Of a stretch of DNA of 64,000 bases, positions 13,278 to 25,527 are shown piece by piece. The DNA comes from Lytechinus pictus. Its lineage: Eukaryota. Each line of letters begins with the position of its first letter. Position 1 is the first letter of the stretch. The notes under the pieces were generated by a model. It saw only the letters and a program-made list of their open reading frames with translations, did not search any database and was not told where the DNA came from. A program made the translations under genes and the position numbers. Location of the stretch: positions 48,548,001 through 48,612,000 of the forward strand of contig NC_087251.1 in NCBI RefSeq assembly GCF_037042905.1, read 5' to 3'.

Positions 13278-16200
13278 TAGGGGAAGGGCCTACAGGGGAA
13301 TGGAGAGATGGGTAAAGAAGAGGAGAAGGGTGGACCATGTGGACAGAGGAAATGGAGAGAAGGGTAAGGAAGAGGAGAAAGGCGGACAGGGGGAATGGAG
13401 AGAAGGGTAAGGAAGATGAGAAAGACGGACAGGGGGAATGGAGAGAAGGGTAAGGAAGAGGAGAAGGGTGGACAGGGGGAATGGAGAGAAGGGTAAGGAA
13501 GAGGAGAAGGGTGGACCATGTGGACAGGGGAAATGGAGAGAAGGGTAACGAAGAGGAGAAAGACGGACAGGGGGAATGGAGAGAAGGGTAAAGAAGAGGA
13601 GAAGGGTAGACAGGGGGAGTGAAGAGAAGGGTAAGGAAGAGGAAAAGGGCGGACAAGGGGAATGGAGAGAAGGGTAAGGAAGAGGAAAAGGGCGGACATG
13701 GGGAATGGAGAGAAGGGTAAGGAAAAGGAAAAGGGTGGACAGGGGGAATGGAGAGAAGGGTAAGGAAAAGGAAAAGGGCGGACAAGGGGAATGGAGAGAA
13801 GGGTAAGGAAGAGGAGAAGGGCGGACAGGGGGAATGGAGAGAAGGGTTAGGAAGAGGAAGAGGGCGGACAGGGGGAATGGAGAGAGGGGTAAGGAAGAGG
13901 AAAATATCGGACATGGGAAATGGAGAGATGGGTAAGGAAAAGAAAAAGGGCGGACAGGGGGGGAAGAGAGAAGGGTAAGGAAGAGGAAAAGGGCGGACAG
14001 GGGGAATGGAGATAAGGGTAAGGAAGAGGAAAAGGGCGGACATGGGGAATGGAGAGAAGGGTAAGGAAAAGGAAAAGGGTGGACAGGGGGAATGGAGAGA
14101 AGGGTAAGGAAGAGGAAAAGGGCGGACAGGGGGAATGGAGAGAAGGGTAAGGAAGAGGAAAAGGGCGGACAGGAGGAAAGAGAAAAGGGTAAGGAGGAGG
14201 AAAAGGCGGACAGGGGGGAAAGAGAGAAGGGTAAGGAAGAGGATAAAGATGGACAGGGAGAGAAGGGTAAGGAAGAGGAAAATATCGGACATGGGGAATG
14301 GAGAGAAGGGTAAGGAAGAGGAAAAGGGCGGACAGGAGGAAAGAGAAAAGGGTAAGGAAGAGGAAAAGGCGGACAGGGGGGAAAGAGAGAAGGGTAAGGA
14401 AGAGGATAAAGATGGACAGGGAGAGAAGGGTAAGGAAGAGGAAAATATCGGACATTGGGAATGGAGAGAAGGGTAAGGAAGAGGAAAAGGGCGGACAGGG
14501 GGAATGGAGAGAAGATAAGGAAGAGGAAAAGGGACGGACAGGGGGAATGGAGAGAAGGAAAAGGAAGAGGGAAAGGGACGGACAGGGGGAATGGAGAGAA
14601 GGATAAGGAAGAGGAGAAGGACGGACAGGGGGAAATAGAGAAGGGTAAGGAAGAGGAGAAGGGTGGACAGGGGGAATGGAGAGAAGGGTAAGGAAGAGGA
14701 AAAGGGCGGACAGGGGGAATGGAGAGAATGGTAAGGAAGAGGAAAATATCGGACAGGGGGGAAATAGAGAAGGGTAAGGAAGAGGAGAAGGACGGACAGG
14801 GGGAATGGAGAGAAGGGTAAGGAAGAGGAAAGGGCGGACAGGGGGAATGGAGAGAAGATAAGGAAGAGGAAAAGGGACGGACAGGGGGAATGGAGAGAAG
14901 GATAAGGAAGAGGAAAAGTGACGGACAGGGGGGATGGAGAGAAGGGTAAGGAAGAGGAAAAGGACGGACAGGGGGAATAGAGAGAAGGGTAAGGAAGAGG
15001 AAAAGGGCGGACAGGGGGAATGGAGAGAAGATAAGGAAGAGGAAAAGGGACGGACAGGGGGAATGGAGAGAAGGATAAGGAAGAGGAAAAGGGACGGACA
15101 GGGAGAATGGAGAGAAGGATAAGGAAGAGGAAAAGGGACGGACAGGGGGAATGGAGAGAAGGATAAGGAAGAGGAGAAGGGCTGACAGGGGGAAATAGAG
15201 AAGGGTAAGGAAGATGAGAAGGACGGACAGGGGGAATGAAGAGAAGGATAAGGAAGAGGAAAAGGGACGGACAGGGGGAATGGAGAGAAGGATAAGGAAG
15301 AGGAAAAGGACGGACAGGGGGAAATAAAGAAGGGTAAAGAAGAGGAGAAGGACGGACGGGGGAATGGAGAGAAGGATAAGGGAGAGGAAAAGGGCGGACA
15401 GGGGGAATAGAGAAGGGTAAGGAAGAGGAGAAGGGTGGACAGGGGGAATGGAGAGGAGGGAAAGGAACAGGAGAAGGGCGGACAGGAGGAATGGAGAGAA
15501 GAGTAAGGAAGAGAAGAAGGGTGGACAGGGGGAATGGAGAGAAGGATAAGGAAGAGGAAAATATCGGATATTTGGAATGGAGAGAAGGGTAAGGAAGAGG
15601 AGAGGGACGGACAGGGGGAATGGAGAGAAGGGTAAAGAAGAGGAAAAGGGCGGACAGGGGGAATGGAGAGAAGGGTAAGGAAGAGGAAAAGGACGGACAG
15701 GGGGAATGGAGAGAAGGGTAAGGAAGAGGAAAATATCGGACAGGGGGAATGGAGAGAAGGGTAAGGAAGAGGAGAAGGGCGGACAGGGGGATGGAGAGAA
15801 GGATAAGGAAGAGGAAAAGGGACGGACAGGGGGGATGGAGAGAAGGATAAGGAAGAGGAAAATATCGGATATTTGGAATGGAGAGAAGGGTAAGGAAGAG
15901 GAGAAGGACGGACAGGGGGAATGGAGAGAAGGGTAAGGAAGAGGAAAGGGCAGACAAGGGGAATGGAGAGAAGGGTAAGGAAGAGGAAAAGGGCGGACAG
16001 GGGGAATGGAGAGAAGGGTAAGGAAGAGGAAAAGGGCGGACAGGGGGAATGGAGAGAAGGGTAAGGAAGAGGAAAAGGACGGACAGGGGGAATGGAGAGA
16101 CGGGTAAGGAAGAGGAAAATATCGGACAGGGGGAATGGAGAGAAGGGTAAGGAAGAGAAAAATATCGGATATTTGGAATGGAGAGAAGGGTAAGGAAGAT

Positions 16201-16424
16201 GAGAAGGACGGAAAGGGGGAATGGAGAGAAGGGTAAGGAAGAGAAAAATATCGGATATTTGGAATGGAGAGAAGGGTAAGGAAGATGAGAAGGACGGAAA
16301 GGGGGAATGGAGAGAAGGGTAAGGAAGAGGAAAAGGACGGACAGGGGGAATGGAGAGAAGGGTAAGGAAGAGGAAAATATCGGACATGGGGAATGGAGAG
16401 AAGGGTAAGGAAGAGGAAAAGGAC
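13278..16424 (+). repeat. Purine-rich minisatellite, 43-bp unit GGGGGAATGGAGAGAAGGGTAAGGAAGAGGAAAAGGGCGGACA, about 70-75 copies
   Basis: Directly visible tandem array with variant sub-blocks. Confidence 0.97.
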
Positions 16425-16447
16425 CAATTGTCATTTCTGTCCCTTAA

Positions 16448-17017
16448 CCCTATCTAGGCCGGGGGGCCTCGGAGCCCCCCCCCCCCCCTCAACGATTCGC
16501 GCAATATTTTTGCCGCGCGAAATTTTTTGACCGCGCCGCTCGCTGACTTTTTACTTTCAAGTCTTGCTCAACTTTTGAGACCAATTTTGCGTCACCCGGG
16601 TACGTGGTTTCGAAATAACGCAACATTATGTAAGTGCATGTCAGACCAAAAATTGCTCATAAACGTGATTTTGTGTACAAAGTCAATGCAAATTGTGTTT
16701 TCAAACAAAAATCATATATGTATGATTATTTTTAGTTTTACTGGTCTAAATGTATTTATTTTATGCTTTTTATGATCTCAGTTAGTTAGAAAAAGTATGA
16801 CTATGCATACTAATTACGCATAAATTAGCATAATCACTTAATAGCAATTCGCATGAAATAAATTACTATACACTTTTGTAGATTATGTCCCAGACAACCA
16901 GCGTGCCAATTTTCGGCGCAATCGCGCGGTCGACAGTCGAGATCTCAAGGGGGGCCTGGGAGCTCTCCCCCCCCCCCCGGCCATATGAACTCCCAAAATA
17001 CCCCGGCCTGGATAGGG
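16448..17017. mobile_element. piggyBac-like MITE
   Basis: TTAA|CCCTATCTAGGCCGGGG ... CCCCGGCCTGGATAGGG|TTAA. Confidence 0.88.
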
Positions 17018-18659
17018 TTAAGGGTAAGTAAGCAGGCCAAGAATTCAAGGATTCTCACATGATGACGATCAATAGGTAAAATCAAACATAAATGATTTAT
17101 TGCCTTCTTAGAGCTGAGAAGATGATGAGTTTTTTTTAGAAACTGTCCTCTTGAGATTGTCATTTATGAAATATATTTTGTAGATAATTACCTGCGCAAT
17201 AATTATGTGACCTTAATTGACGTAAAATAGCAGTCTAGATTTGGAAGTTCCTGATAAAAGAGTTGACAAAGTAATCCAGGAATCATATAAATGTACATGA
17301 ACATATCAACAATATCAACAACTTAATCATTAACTTCCAGTATATTTGAATTCGTTTTTATGGCATTTAAAAATGTATGTGTTAATGGTACACGTCAATA
17401 ATTTGATTCATAAATTATTCCTGTTTTACCCACTCGTTAAAATGTTCCAAAAAAAAGTGATATAAGATATGTTTCGTCATTGAGGCTTTAAAAGTTGAGG
17501 TTTATTCTCTCGTAGAAAAAGAGATCCCCAATCGAATAATAATCTGATTGGCCTATAAAGAACTCGATTTTCTTAAGGAGATATAGAAGTACCCATACGG
17601 ATCCAGTTAAATTTGACACTTCTGACTCGAATTATCGATTTATTATCATAATAGGTACGGGTATATCCTGTATGTATACAGACACGTATAAGTATGTAAA
17701 AATTTCTATGAGTATAGTAGTGTGTAGCGCACGAATTCTTTATCAATTTTTCAACAATTAATCCTCGTAATTTATAGGAGAGTTGACATGCGAGTGGTAG
17801 GAGTCGGCCTCGATAATATGAGTTGCCTAGGAACCTCCCGCATATTTGATAAGAATATATTCTCGTTCCGCGCGATCACAATAGCTTGATCATTCTTCAT
17901 CAGTTCATAGGCGATGGTAGCAGTGAAAGGCGTAGAACGTGCTCGGAGCAAACCAATGTAGTATAATGCTACAGTCTCACCAAAAATCCTAATCCAAACC
18001 GATCGATGATTTGTCATTGGTTAATTAACGTAACAGACTTTGTCGGTCTGGAGTCGTTTTCGCCCGAAGTGACTGCAGCATGGGCACGGTGCATTGTTCA
18101 CAAAAATTGTAAGCACTGAAAGGATGGGCGTATAGGACCCACATTCCCGGGGAGGCCAAGAAGAGAATATGTTATGAAATAATGACAGCCAAATCAGCCG
18201 CGGCGCACACTTTTACACAAAAGCTCTGACGGCGAATATACATAGGCCCATTTTGTGTGCTTTGAATAACCCTTTCCCCTCATTGCCACTTGTTAATTCA
18301 ATATAATAAATTAGGTACGTCGCCGGGGTAACCGTTCTTTATGCAGTTTTTCCCAATTAGATTTTGATTATTGCGAGAGTAGCGCGGGGCAATTAGACTA
18401 ATTTGATGGGAAAGATGACGTTGACTGGATAGATACAACAAGCTTCAGGCTCCTAGATTAACCACAGTGCATTAGAGATAATTTTGGAGAGCACTGTCGC
18501 ATTTGACGGTGTGTTTCGTGTTGTTTTATTTGTTTGTCGCCTCTTTTACACCTAATTAAATGAGATATTGGGTTTGGCAATACAAGTTAGGCGGCAGTTA
18601 CTTTCGGTAGGAATCAATCGAGGATTATCTTCTTATATTTACATCACTTTTGTCTACAG

Positions 18660-18805
18660 GATTTTAATTTTGTACATTTGGAATTGGTTGGTTATTAAAA
18701 GGGAAGAGGCGTGGGAATGTCAGACATTTGCGGTTTGAGTTGATCCGTAAATATTCTAGTGATTCGGAGAATAATTAGGGAAAAAAGGTTGCTTTGATAC
18801 CCAAG
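18660..18805 (+). other. Candidate non-coding (5' UTR) exon upstream of TRPM
   Basis: Strong acceptor cacttttgtctacag| and donor AAG|GTAAAT; downstream of a relatively CpG-rich tract at about 17770-18400. Based on splice signals only. Confidence 0.3.
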
Positions 18806-20940
18806 GTAAATTTATAGTTTGTTACACATCTCATTCAACTTTCTTACGCACCACTTTAATCGTTACCATGACAACATTATACAAATTGCATGGCCTTAAG
18901 CATGTATATCTGCTTCTTCAACTAAAGGTTATTGCGTTTTCTCAAAATAAGAAGTGGTGCTGATGGAAACAACATAATGAACGTATCCTTTTCTTTAAAT
19001 CATATTCTACCTGTTTAACTAAAACTAAATATTTGAGTGATGATTTGGGGGATATGATAAATTAAATAAGAAAAATTGTTCATGAGCGAAGCAAGCGAGC
19101 TAAAAGGTTATATATCTATTCATCTTATACACCAAATGAGAAGAAAGCGTTGGCCCCTCTCTTATATTGCTCGAAAAGCTAATCCATATATTGCATCTCA
19201 ATATTAAAATGGGGATTTTACCCAATCTTCTGATTCTAGTAGAATGTGGAACGAGGAAAGTGCATGGTATGTAACATAATGGTGACGATGTTCAAACTGG
19301 AATTCAATGAACCTTGATGAAGATATCTTTATTGGAGAAAACAATAATTATATCGATTGGAAAACGCATGCGGCGAGTCTCACCAGCTATGGTGCCACGA
19401 GCCTAATTACATCAGGAGGGCTAAAGATATTCGTTTGACCCAACCCATTCGAATTTTTTTTCAATTTGATATTGCTGATTGACAAAAGTGTATGAATATG
19501 ATTCAAAATCTAACACTGATTCTAGAAATAGTAACTACTGAACTTCCTTTGCCCAAATTGGGAAGATATATCAATGATTTGGAACTATTTTTTGACTGGC
19601 GGAGGAATTGGGGCTCTTTTACTGTTTCAGCTGATGAATTTTATCCCATCATAGTTATCTTCATAAATGACGATTTATTTTTAAAATGAGCTGGCTACAA
19701 TACCCTTCTCTGGTCAGATATAGTCTACAAATGTAGACCCACATCTGCAGTGTGTGTACCTCAGCTGATTCAACGAGTCTGCATAGCAGACTAGGTCTAC
19801 TGAGGCTGCAGATGTGGAATGGCTCGCTTCGCTCGCCCTTTCAGGCTGGTTCAGCAGATTCCACCTCACGAGCCATTCAGAGTCTGCATAGCAGACTAGA
19901 TCAGATATGGAATGTCAGATATATATCCTATCCAAAGGTACTAAACATTCGACCCTCTAATTTCACATTTATTTTTTTATGAATTTTTCCTAAGTGCCAT
20001 TTTAACACACAAGTCTATGGGGAATGTTTTACGCACGTGACACCCTATATACAGAAAGTCAAGTATTACTTAATGATTTTCAAAGCAAGATGGCGGTATG
20101 CTTTCAAAATTAGCATCAATATATAATTCAGGGCAACTATTAAATAAAACCTGTCCGTGTGCCTGGGTTTGATCAACACTCCTTCTCAATGGTCATGGGT
20201 TGGTTTGTTTAACTACGCCCTCTTGTGTTTAAAAATCGCCAAGAGAAGTTCATTGCCGATTCGATAAAACTTAGTATTTCAATACCTGGCTATTTGTATC
20301 TTTCATTAAAAAAAATGAATATATTGTTTTTTTTTAATTGAAGAAATGAGAATGAAAGAGGTCGTTTTTTTTATTACTTTCTTTTATGAAAAACATGGTC
20401 GTATCACCACGGACAAGGTGCACTTCTCATCATTCACCTTATATGACTTCGTAAAAGGTGAACTAGGCACATATATTTTTCAATAACAAATAGAGCCTAC
20501 TTGCTGCACGCAGCTGGATTCCCAAGGTGTAGGGCAAGATTTTTCTAGCCGACTTTTTATAGCGATTCCTACTTGAAAAGAAAAAAATCTTAATTGGCTC
20601 CAGAGCGGGAACGCGACATAATGTCCGAGAAAGCCAGAGAGAGAACAAAAATTGTATTGTACCATTATTCCACGAAATATTCGTCTTCAACACGTAAAAC
20701 CATGACAGAAATAACATTTGCTATTTGACAATATTGTGAAATTTAAGGAACGTAATATAGGAGAGGATTCAGAAAAGCGTGAATAGAAAAAAAAACACGA
20801 GTTTCTAATAAATACCAGACTTACCTCAGGATGGCGCTGCAGGGGGAATTAATGAGGGAGTAACCTTCCCCCTGTTAATTCTTACCATAAAAAAACTAAA
20901 AGATGGAATAAAAAAAAATAATATAAAGAGAAGTATATGT

Positions 20941-21261
20941 CACTGGCGTATCCAGTGGGGGAGGGACACATCCGGCCCGTGCCCCCCCCCCCTTTGAGAG
21001 GCTTAATAAACATTTGTAATGTAACTTAGCCGTTCTCACACAAGTGCCCCCCCCCCTCCCCCTTCAAAGCGAGGACTTTTTTGTTTGTTTTAGCTTGTCA
21101 AGTTTTCCCTGGACGAAATGACCTTGAATTTTGTGTGAAAACCTTTTTTTTGTGCGTGTTAAGTTTTCCATGGACGAAATTACCTTAAATTTAGGGTAAA
21201 ACCCTTCTTTTTTTGGTCAAATTTTTCTCTGGAAATTTGGAAAATCCTGGATCCGCCCGTG
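20941..21261. mobile_element. hAT-like MITE, same family as 52486
   Basis: CACTGGCGTATCCAG / CTGGATCCGCCCGTG; TSD GTATATGT / GTATAGGT (7 of 8). Confidence 0.8.
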
Positions 21262-24200
21262 GTATAGGTAGCATGATAATATTACTTCCTTTCTCCACTC
21301 CTTTAAATGTGCCTTGCCTCCCTCTCAAAATAACCTGGCGTATCCCGGGCTTTACCTTCGGAATTTACCGTATTGAATTTGTAACCACTTCCTCAATTTC
21401 AACTTTATGTGATTTTTGGATTTTGGAGGGGGTGCAAGACAGCCTAGGGATGACGTCATATTTATTTGATTTGATTATAGTGGTAATATGAGTTGCATGG
21501 TTCAGAGCTCTTCCTTTTTTTTTATTTTTTTTAATTTCCTTTTCACTCTTCTTTCCCATCCCCCTTCTCACTGCTAATGAAGTCAAAAGGAGCGTGGTTG
21601 GTCCCTTTCCCCATCCTCATGTGGGGCAGCCCCTGTTTCTTTTAGGTCGGTGACTGATTGCGATGAAAAATCAATATTGGAAGGGTAAAAGCACCATCAC
21701 ATTTGACAAACACAAAAGCATTCCTTTCTTTTTGTGAGTTTTTTTTTTTTGGACTTTGATCGTTTGTTTAATTTTGGTCTTTCTATTTGTTCAACGATCT
21801 TTGAATCAAATTTCTAATAATGGGCGGTGTTATACTTACATTTTTAACAAAATCAAAAAGAAAGAAGAGCAGTCTGCTATTGCCAAAGCTGATTAAACTG
21901 CTCATTAAGTCACACAATCTAAATGTGGACCTCCAAAACGTGCGATTTTTAAAATCCTTTCATGAAATATAGGATTATAATCATCTGTGTGTTTTGTAGC
22001 GCTATTTTAATGGTCGGGATTAAAAAGATGAAATGTACTTCTAAAAAATCACAGTTAACAGAAAGTTTTGATTAGATTTTCGTCGCTTTTATTAAAAAGA
22101 ATTCTTAAAGACTATTGGATATGAAGGAATAAAATATAACAATACAATTTTCACGCATATTCACTGTTTACTGCATTCTGCTATTGAAAAAAATGGCATA
22201 TTATTTGTGAGCGTCAGAAATGGGCTTTATGATGTCATCGTATGTGAATGGAGTTGTAATCACAATCATTCATCATATACATTTTTGGTCTAAAATTGCA
22301 ATTATTTTGTTTCCTTATTTTCTAGATAACAAACAAAAATAATAAAAAATGCATATAAAAATTCCCCTTAAAATTGATGAATCATTCAGATGTAGGAACA
22401 TATTCCTGGTCAACATTATTTTAATCGCTGCCTATTGGCGCATTTTCTCACCGGTGTATCTGCAGTAAGATTCATATGTCAAGTAGTGCCTGGCATAGCA
22501 GCTATGCCAGCTATATATAGTCAATAAGAGACAAACAAATAAATAAAAAAATATATATACTCTAGAGCTGTAGGTTTAAGTACTCAGTATTTTATATTAT
22601 TCATCTTTATACAAATTATGCATTGTTTAATCAAACTTATACCGAAAACATGGAGCATTATCATGACACATAAAACGAGCAAGGGATTTCCCCAAAACTT
22701 CTGTCTCACTATAAGGTTTTCACAGAACATCACACTTTTATAGTAATATCAAATTTCACCCGCAAAAAACCCGAATTCTAGAGAATCCGTTAATCTGCGT
22801 AATTATACTCTCAAAATGTAGACATGCACAGAGATGTTTGCCTTTTAATGTGATTTATACTCCTTTTTACAAGCAAATCAAGTCACAGCCGTGATCGTGG
22901 AAGTCTTGCATGCCGACAATAGCGCCGAGAATTTTGTCAAACCTACACTAATTTCCGTATAACAGAGGCCTACTCATGCATATTGCCCTTTATTCAACTC
23001 TGGGCACTGATTTGCTATTTTGAGAGTATCAAGAATGCTGCCAACTTACTGAAACAAGCCAAATCGAGGGTGTATGTTGCCATGTACAGTAGCTGACATG
23101 TATTATGGAGGATCTAGGAGGAAGAGATCGGGTAAGACTGATTTTTGAAATCTGTTTCCCTTATATTGGTATATTGGTGGGTAAAAGGAATCCTAAAGAT
23201 TGTGTACTATCTCCCTTTCCACTTCTACCGTTAGACTACAATAGGCAGTAGGTATTGATCACCGAAATTCGGAGGCTCCAGAAGTGTGCTGCTTTTATTT
23301 ACAATCAGTTATTGCGGGCAAGCCGGTCAGTGCTTGCGTGTAGGCCCTTATACTAGAAAAACGTCAACTCATCAATTGACATTGACGTACTTATTCTTCA
23401 CGAAACTAGAACAAAAACTTTGAAAATGCGGATGGTGAATATTCATGTTAATACAGTATATGATTTGAATACATTGTAGGCCTTGTATTTTATGCCACTG
23501 CTACAGTGCGTAATGAGTTTGATTCCTCGTTTGCTTTGCTCGATCACTCCGAATATCCATAAGAAGATGTGAAGTTCACCCAGAAAGCAATTTCAGGTGA
23601 ACTTCCCTATTAGACCATGGATGCAAAAATAATGAGAGAAAAATCAACTCATATTTGGGAAAAAGCCATCGAAGAATAATATCTTTTGTTTTCAATAAGG
23701 ATTTCTTTTTAAGTTTTCATGTTTCATAATCTTTGTAAAAATACCAACGAACTATCGTTTTTTTTTCGTTGATTGCAGTGAATCTATCGTATGAATAGTG
23801 TACGTATATGTAGATTAAATGTTAAAATGTTAAAATTGTGGGTTTTTTGTTAACAGTTATCCCTGCAGTATTTTTGCATTTTTACAGCCCATCGCAATTT
23901 AGCAGTTCATTTTGTTTGTGAGTACCAGCTGCCAGTAATAATTACTGGGTTTTTACAGTTTTATTTTTAACAGTGTGCTCGCATGTGAAAAATAAAATAA
24001 TTAAAGTTCTTATATCTTTTTATTCTTTGATTGATTTTAAACAAGACCTCGGCAATATTTTCAATCATTTTTTTTTTGCTATTTTTACATTTAACTTTTG
24101 TCAGGGTAAACTTCCCCTTTAAATGGCAAAAACTATTTTTTCACAATCCGTAATTCCTTATAAATTGTAATGTTTACCCTTAAAAAGCGGTTGATCGTTG

Positions 24201-24497
24201 TTATCGTGGTATGAATTATAATTAAAAAAAAATCAGATTTGAAAACATCCTTTCAGATCCCCCCACCCCTATTTGCAGACTTCCAGAGTTCCCAACGAGA
24301 AACGGCATCTTGCAAGATTACATTTTGACATTTTCCCCTATTTCAGACAGGAAATTTGAGCCAGTTCTGATATTGACTGGATGATCGATGAAAAGAAATA
24401 TATTTCGTTTTAGATATGGACTCTCATTTTTGGTTTGGCATTCCTCCTTCCTGCGATTGAGTATACTTAAGGTATGTGTCTGTCTTTGCCTGATTTA

Positions 24498-24605
24498 CTG
24501 CCTTTCTCTCTCTCTCTCACCCTCTTTCTGCCTTTCTCTCTCTCTCTCACCCTCTTTCTGCCTTTCTCTCTTTTTCTCACCCTCTTTCTGCCTCTCTCTC
24601 TCTCC
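24498..24605 (+). repeat. CT-rich 30-bp tandem repeat (about 3.5 units)
   Basis: ctgcctttctctctctctctcaccctcttt repeated. Confidence 0.85.
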
Positions 24606-25410
24606 TTCCCTTGTTCTCCGTCCTCATTATGCTCTCATTTATCCCGCTATTCCCCCCCCCCATTTTCTCTTCGCCTTCCTCACCCTCTTTCTTTCACTCT
24701 AATAACAGCATTATTATTAATGCTATAATTAAAAAATGCATAATTTTTTTTTTTTTTTTGTATTTTGTAACTTTTGTTTTTACGAACTTGCTGAAAAACA
24801 GCCTTGTCGGCTGACAACAAGTTTTTTAACCCTATTGAAATAAACAACAAATCCTCCCTTCCTCGTCTTCTCCCACTCATTCCCTTATCATATATCCCTT
24901 CTGTCTTTCACTCTGCTATTACCACTAATAGTCAAGATTCCACAAAATAAAATCTTCTCGATAATCTTGAAGACTCTTTCTTATCAGCTTTTCCAAGTCC
25001 GAGTTCTTGTTACATAAAAAATGACAAATTCATCATTTTTAATAATATCCATTAACACTAATCTGTTATTCACTCTTCGTGGATAAGGAGTATACCTGTA
25101 TAATTTGTGTAAATCCTGTGGTTATAATGATGCTTGGCTCCAAATGGTAATCGGCAATCATAATTTACCTTGGTTACCATAGTAACGGTTTAGTTTTTTT
25201 TATACATCGACCAATAACACAAATTTCTACTTGGTTTTTAATGATTGGCGCATTCAGGTGCGGTAGATGTACATAAGAACAACTCTGTCAGCGATGTCCT
25301 CTTTATAGATGAATAACCAAGGGAATTAGTGAGCTGAATCCTCATTTGTATTCAACCAACTGCCGGGGCGTAATCAAGCAATCAAATTTCCTCATCTGTC
25401 CTAAAATCAG

Positions 25411-25527
25411 GTTTTTAACTATAAGTAGTGCTTCTGATATGTCTTCTTGTTGCTGTGTGGCGGAAAGTGAACCGTCGGACGATAGGGCAGAGCCTTACAA
25501 ACTCGGGCCTCAACCGAATATACAAAT
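25411..25527 (+). CDS. TRPM: TRPM putative first coding exon (ATG 25439; [29 protein letters not shown])
   Basis: Acceptor ctaaaatcag| and donor |GTGAGT. The phase-2 end (AT) joins the G at 26647 in frame. No TRPM homology is visible in this exon itself. Confidence 0.6.

Noticed and set aside
13138..16434. Three long minus-strand ORFs (1098, 1045, 846 aa) and short + strand MERRVRK ORFs
   Set aside because: By-products of the 43-bp satellite lacking stop codons on one strand; all frames encode the same low-complexity repeat.
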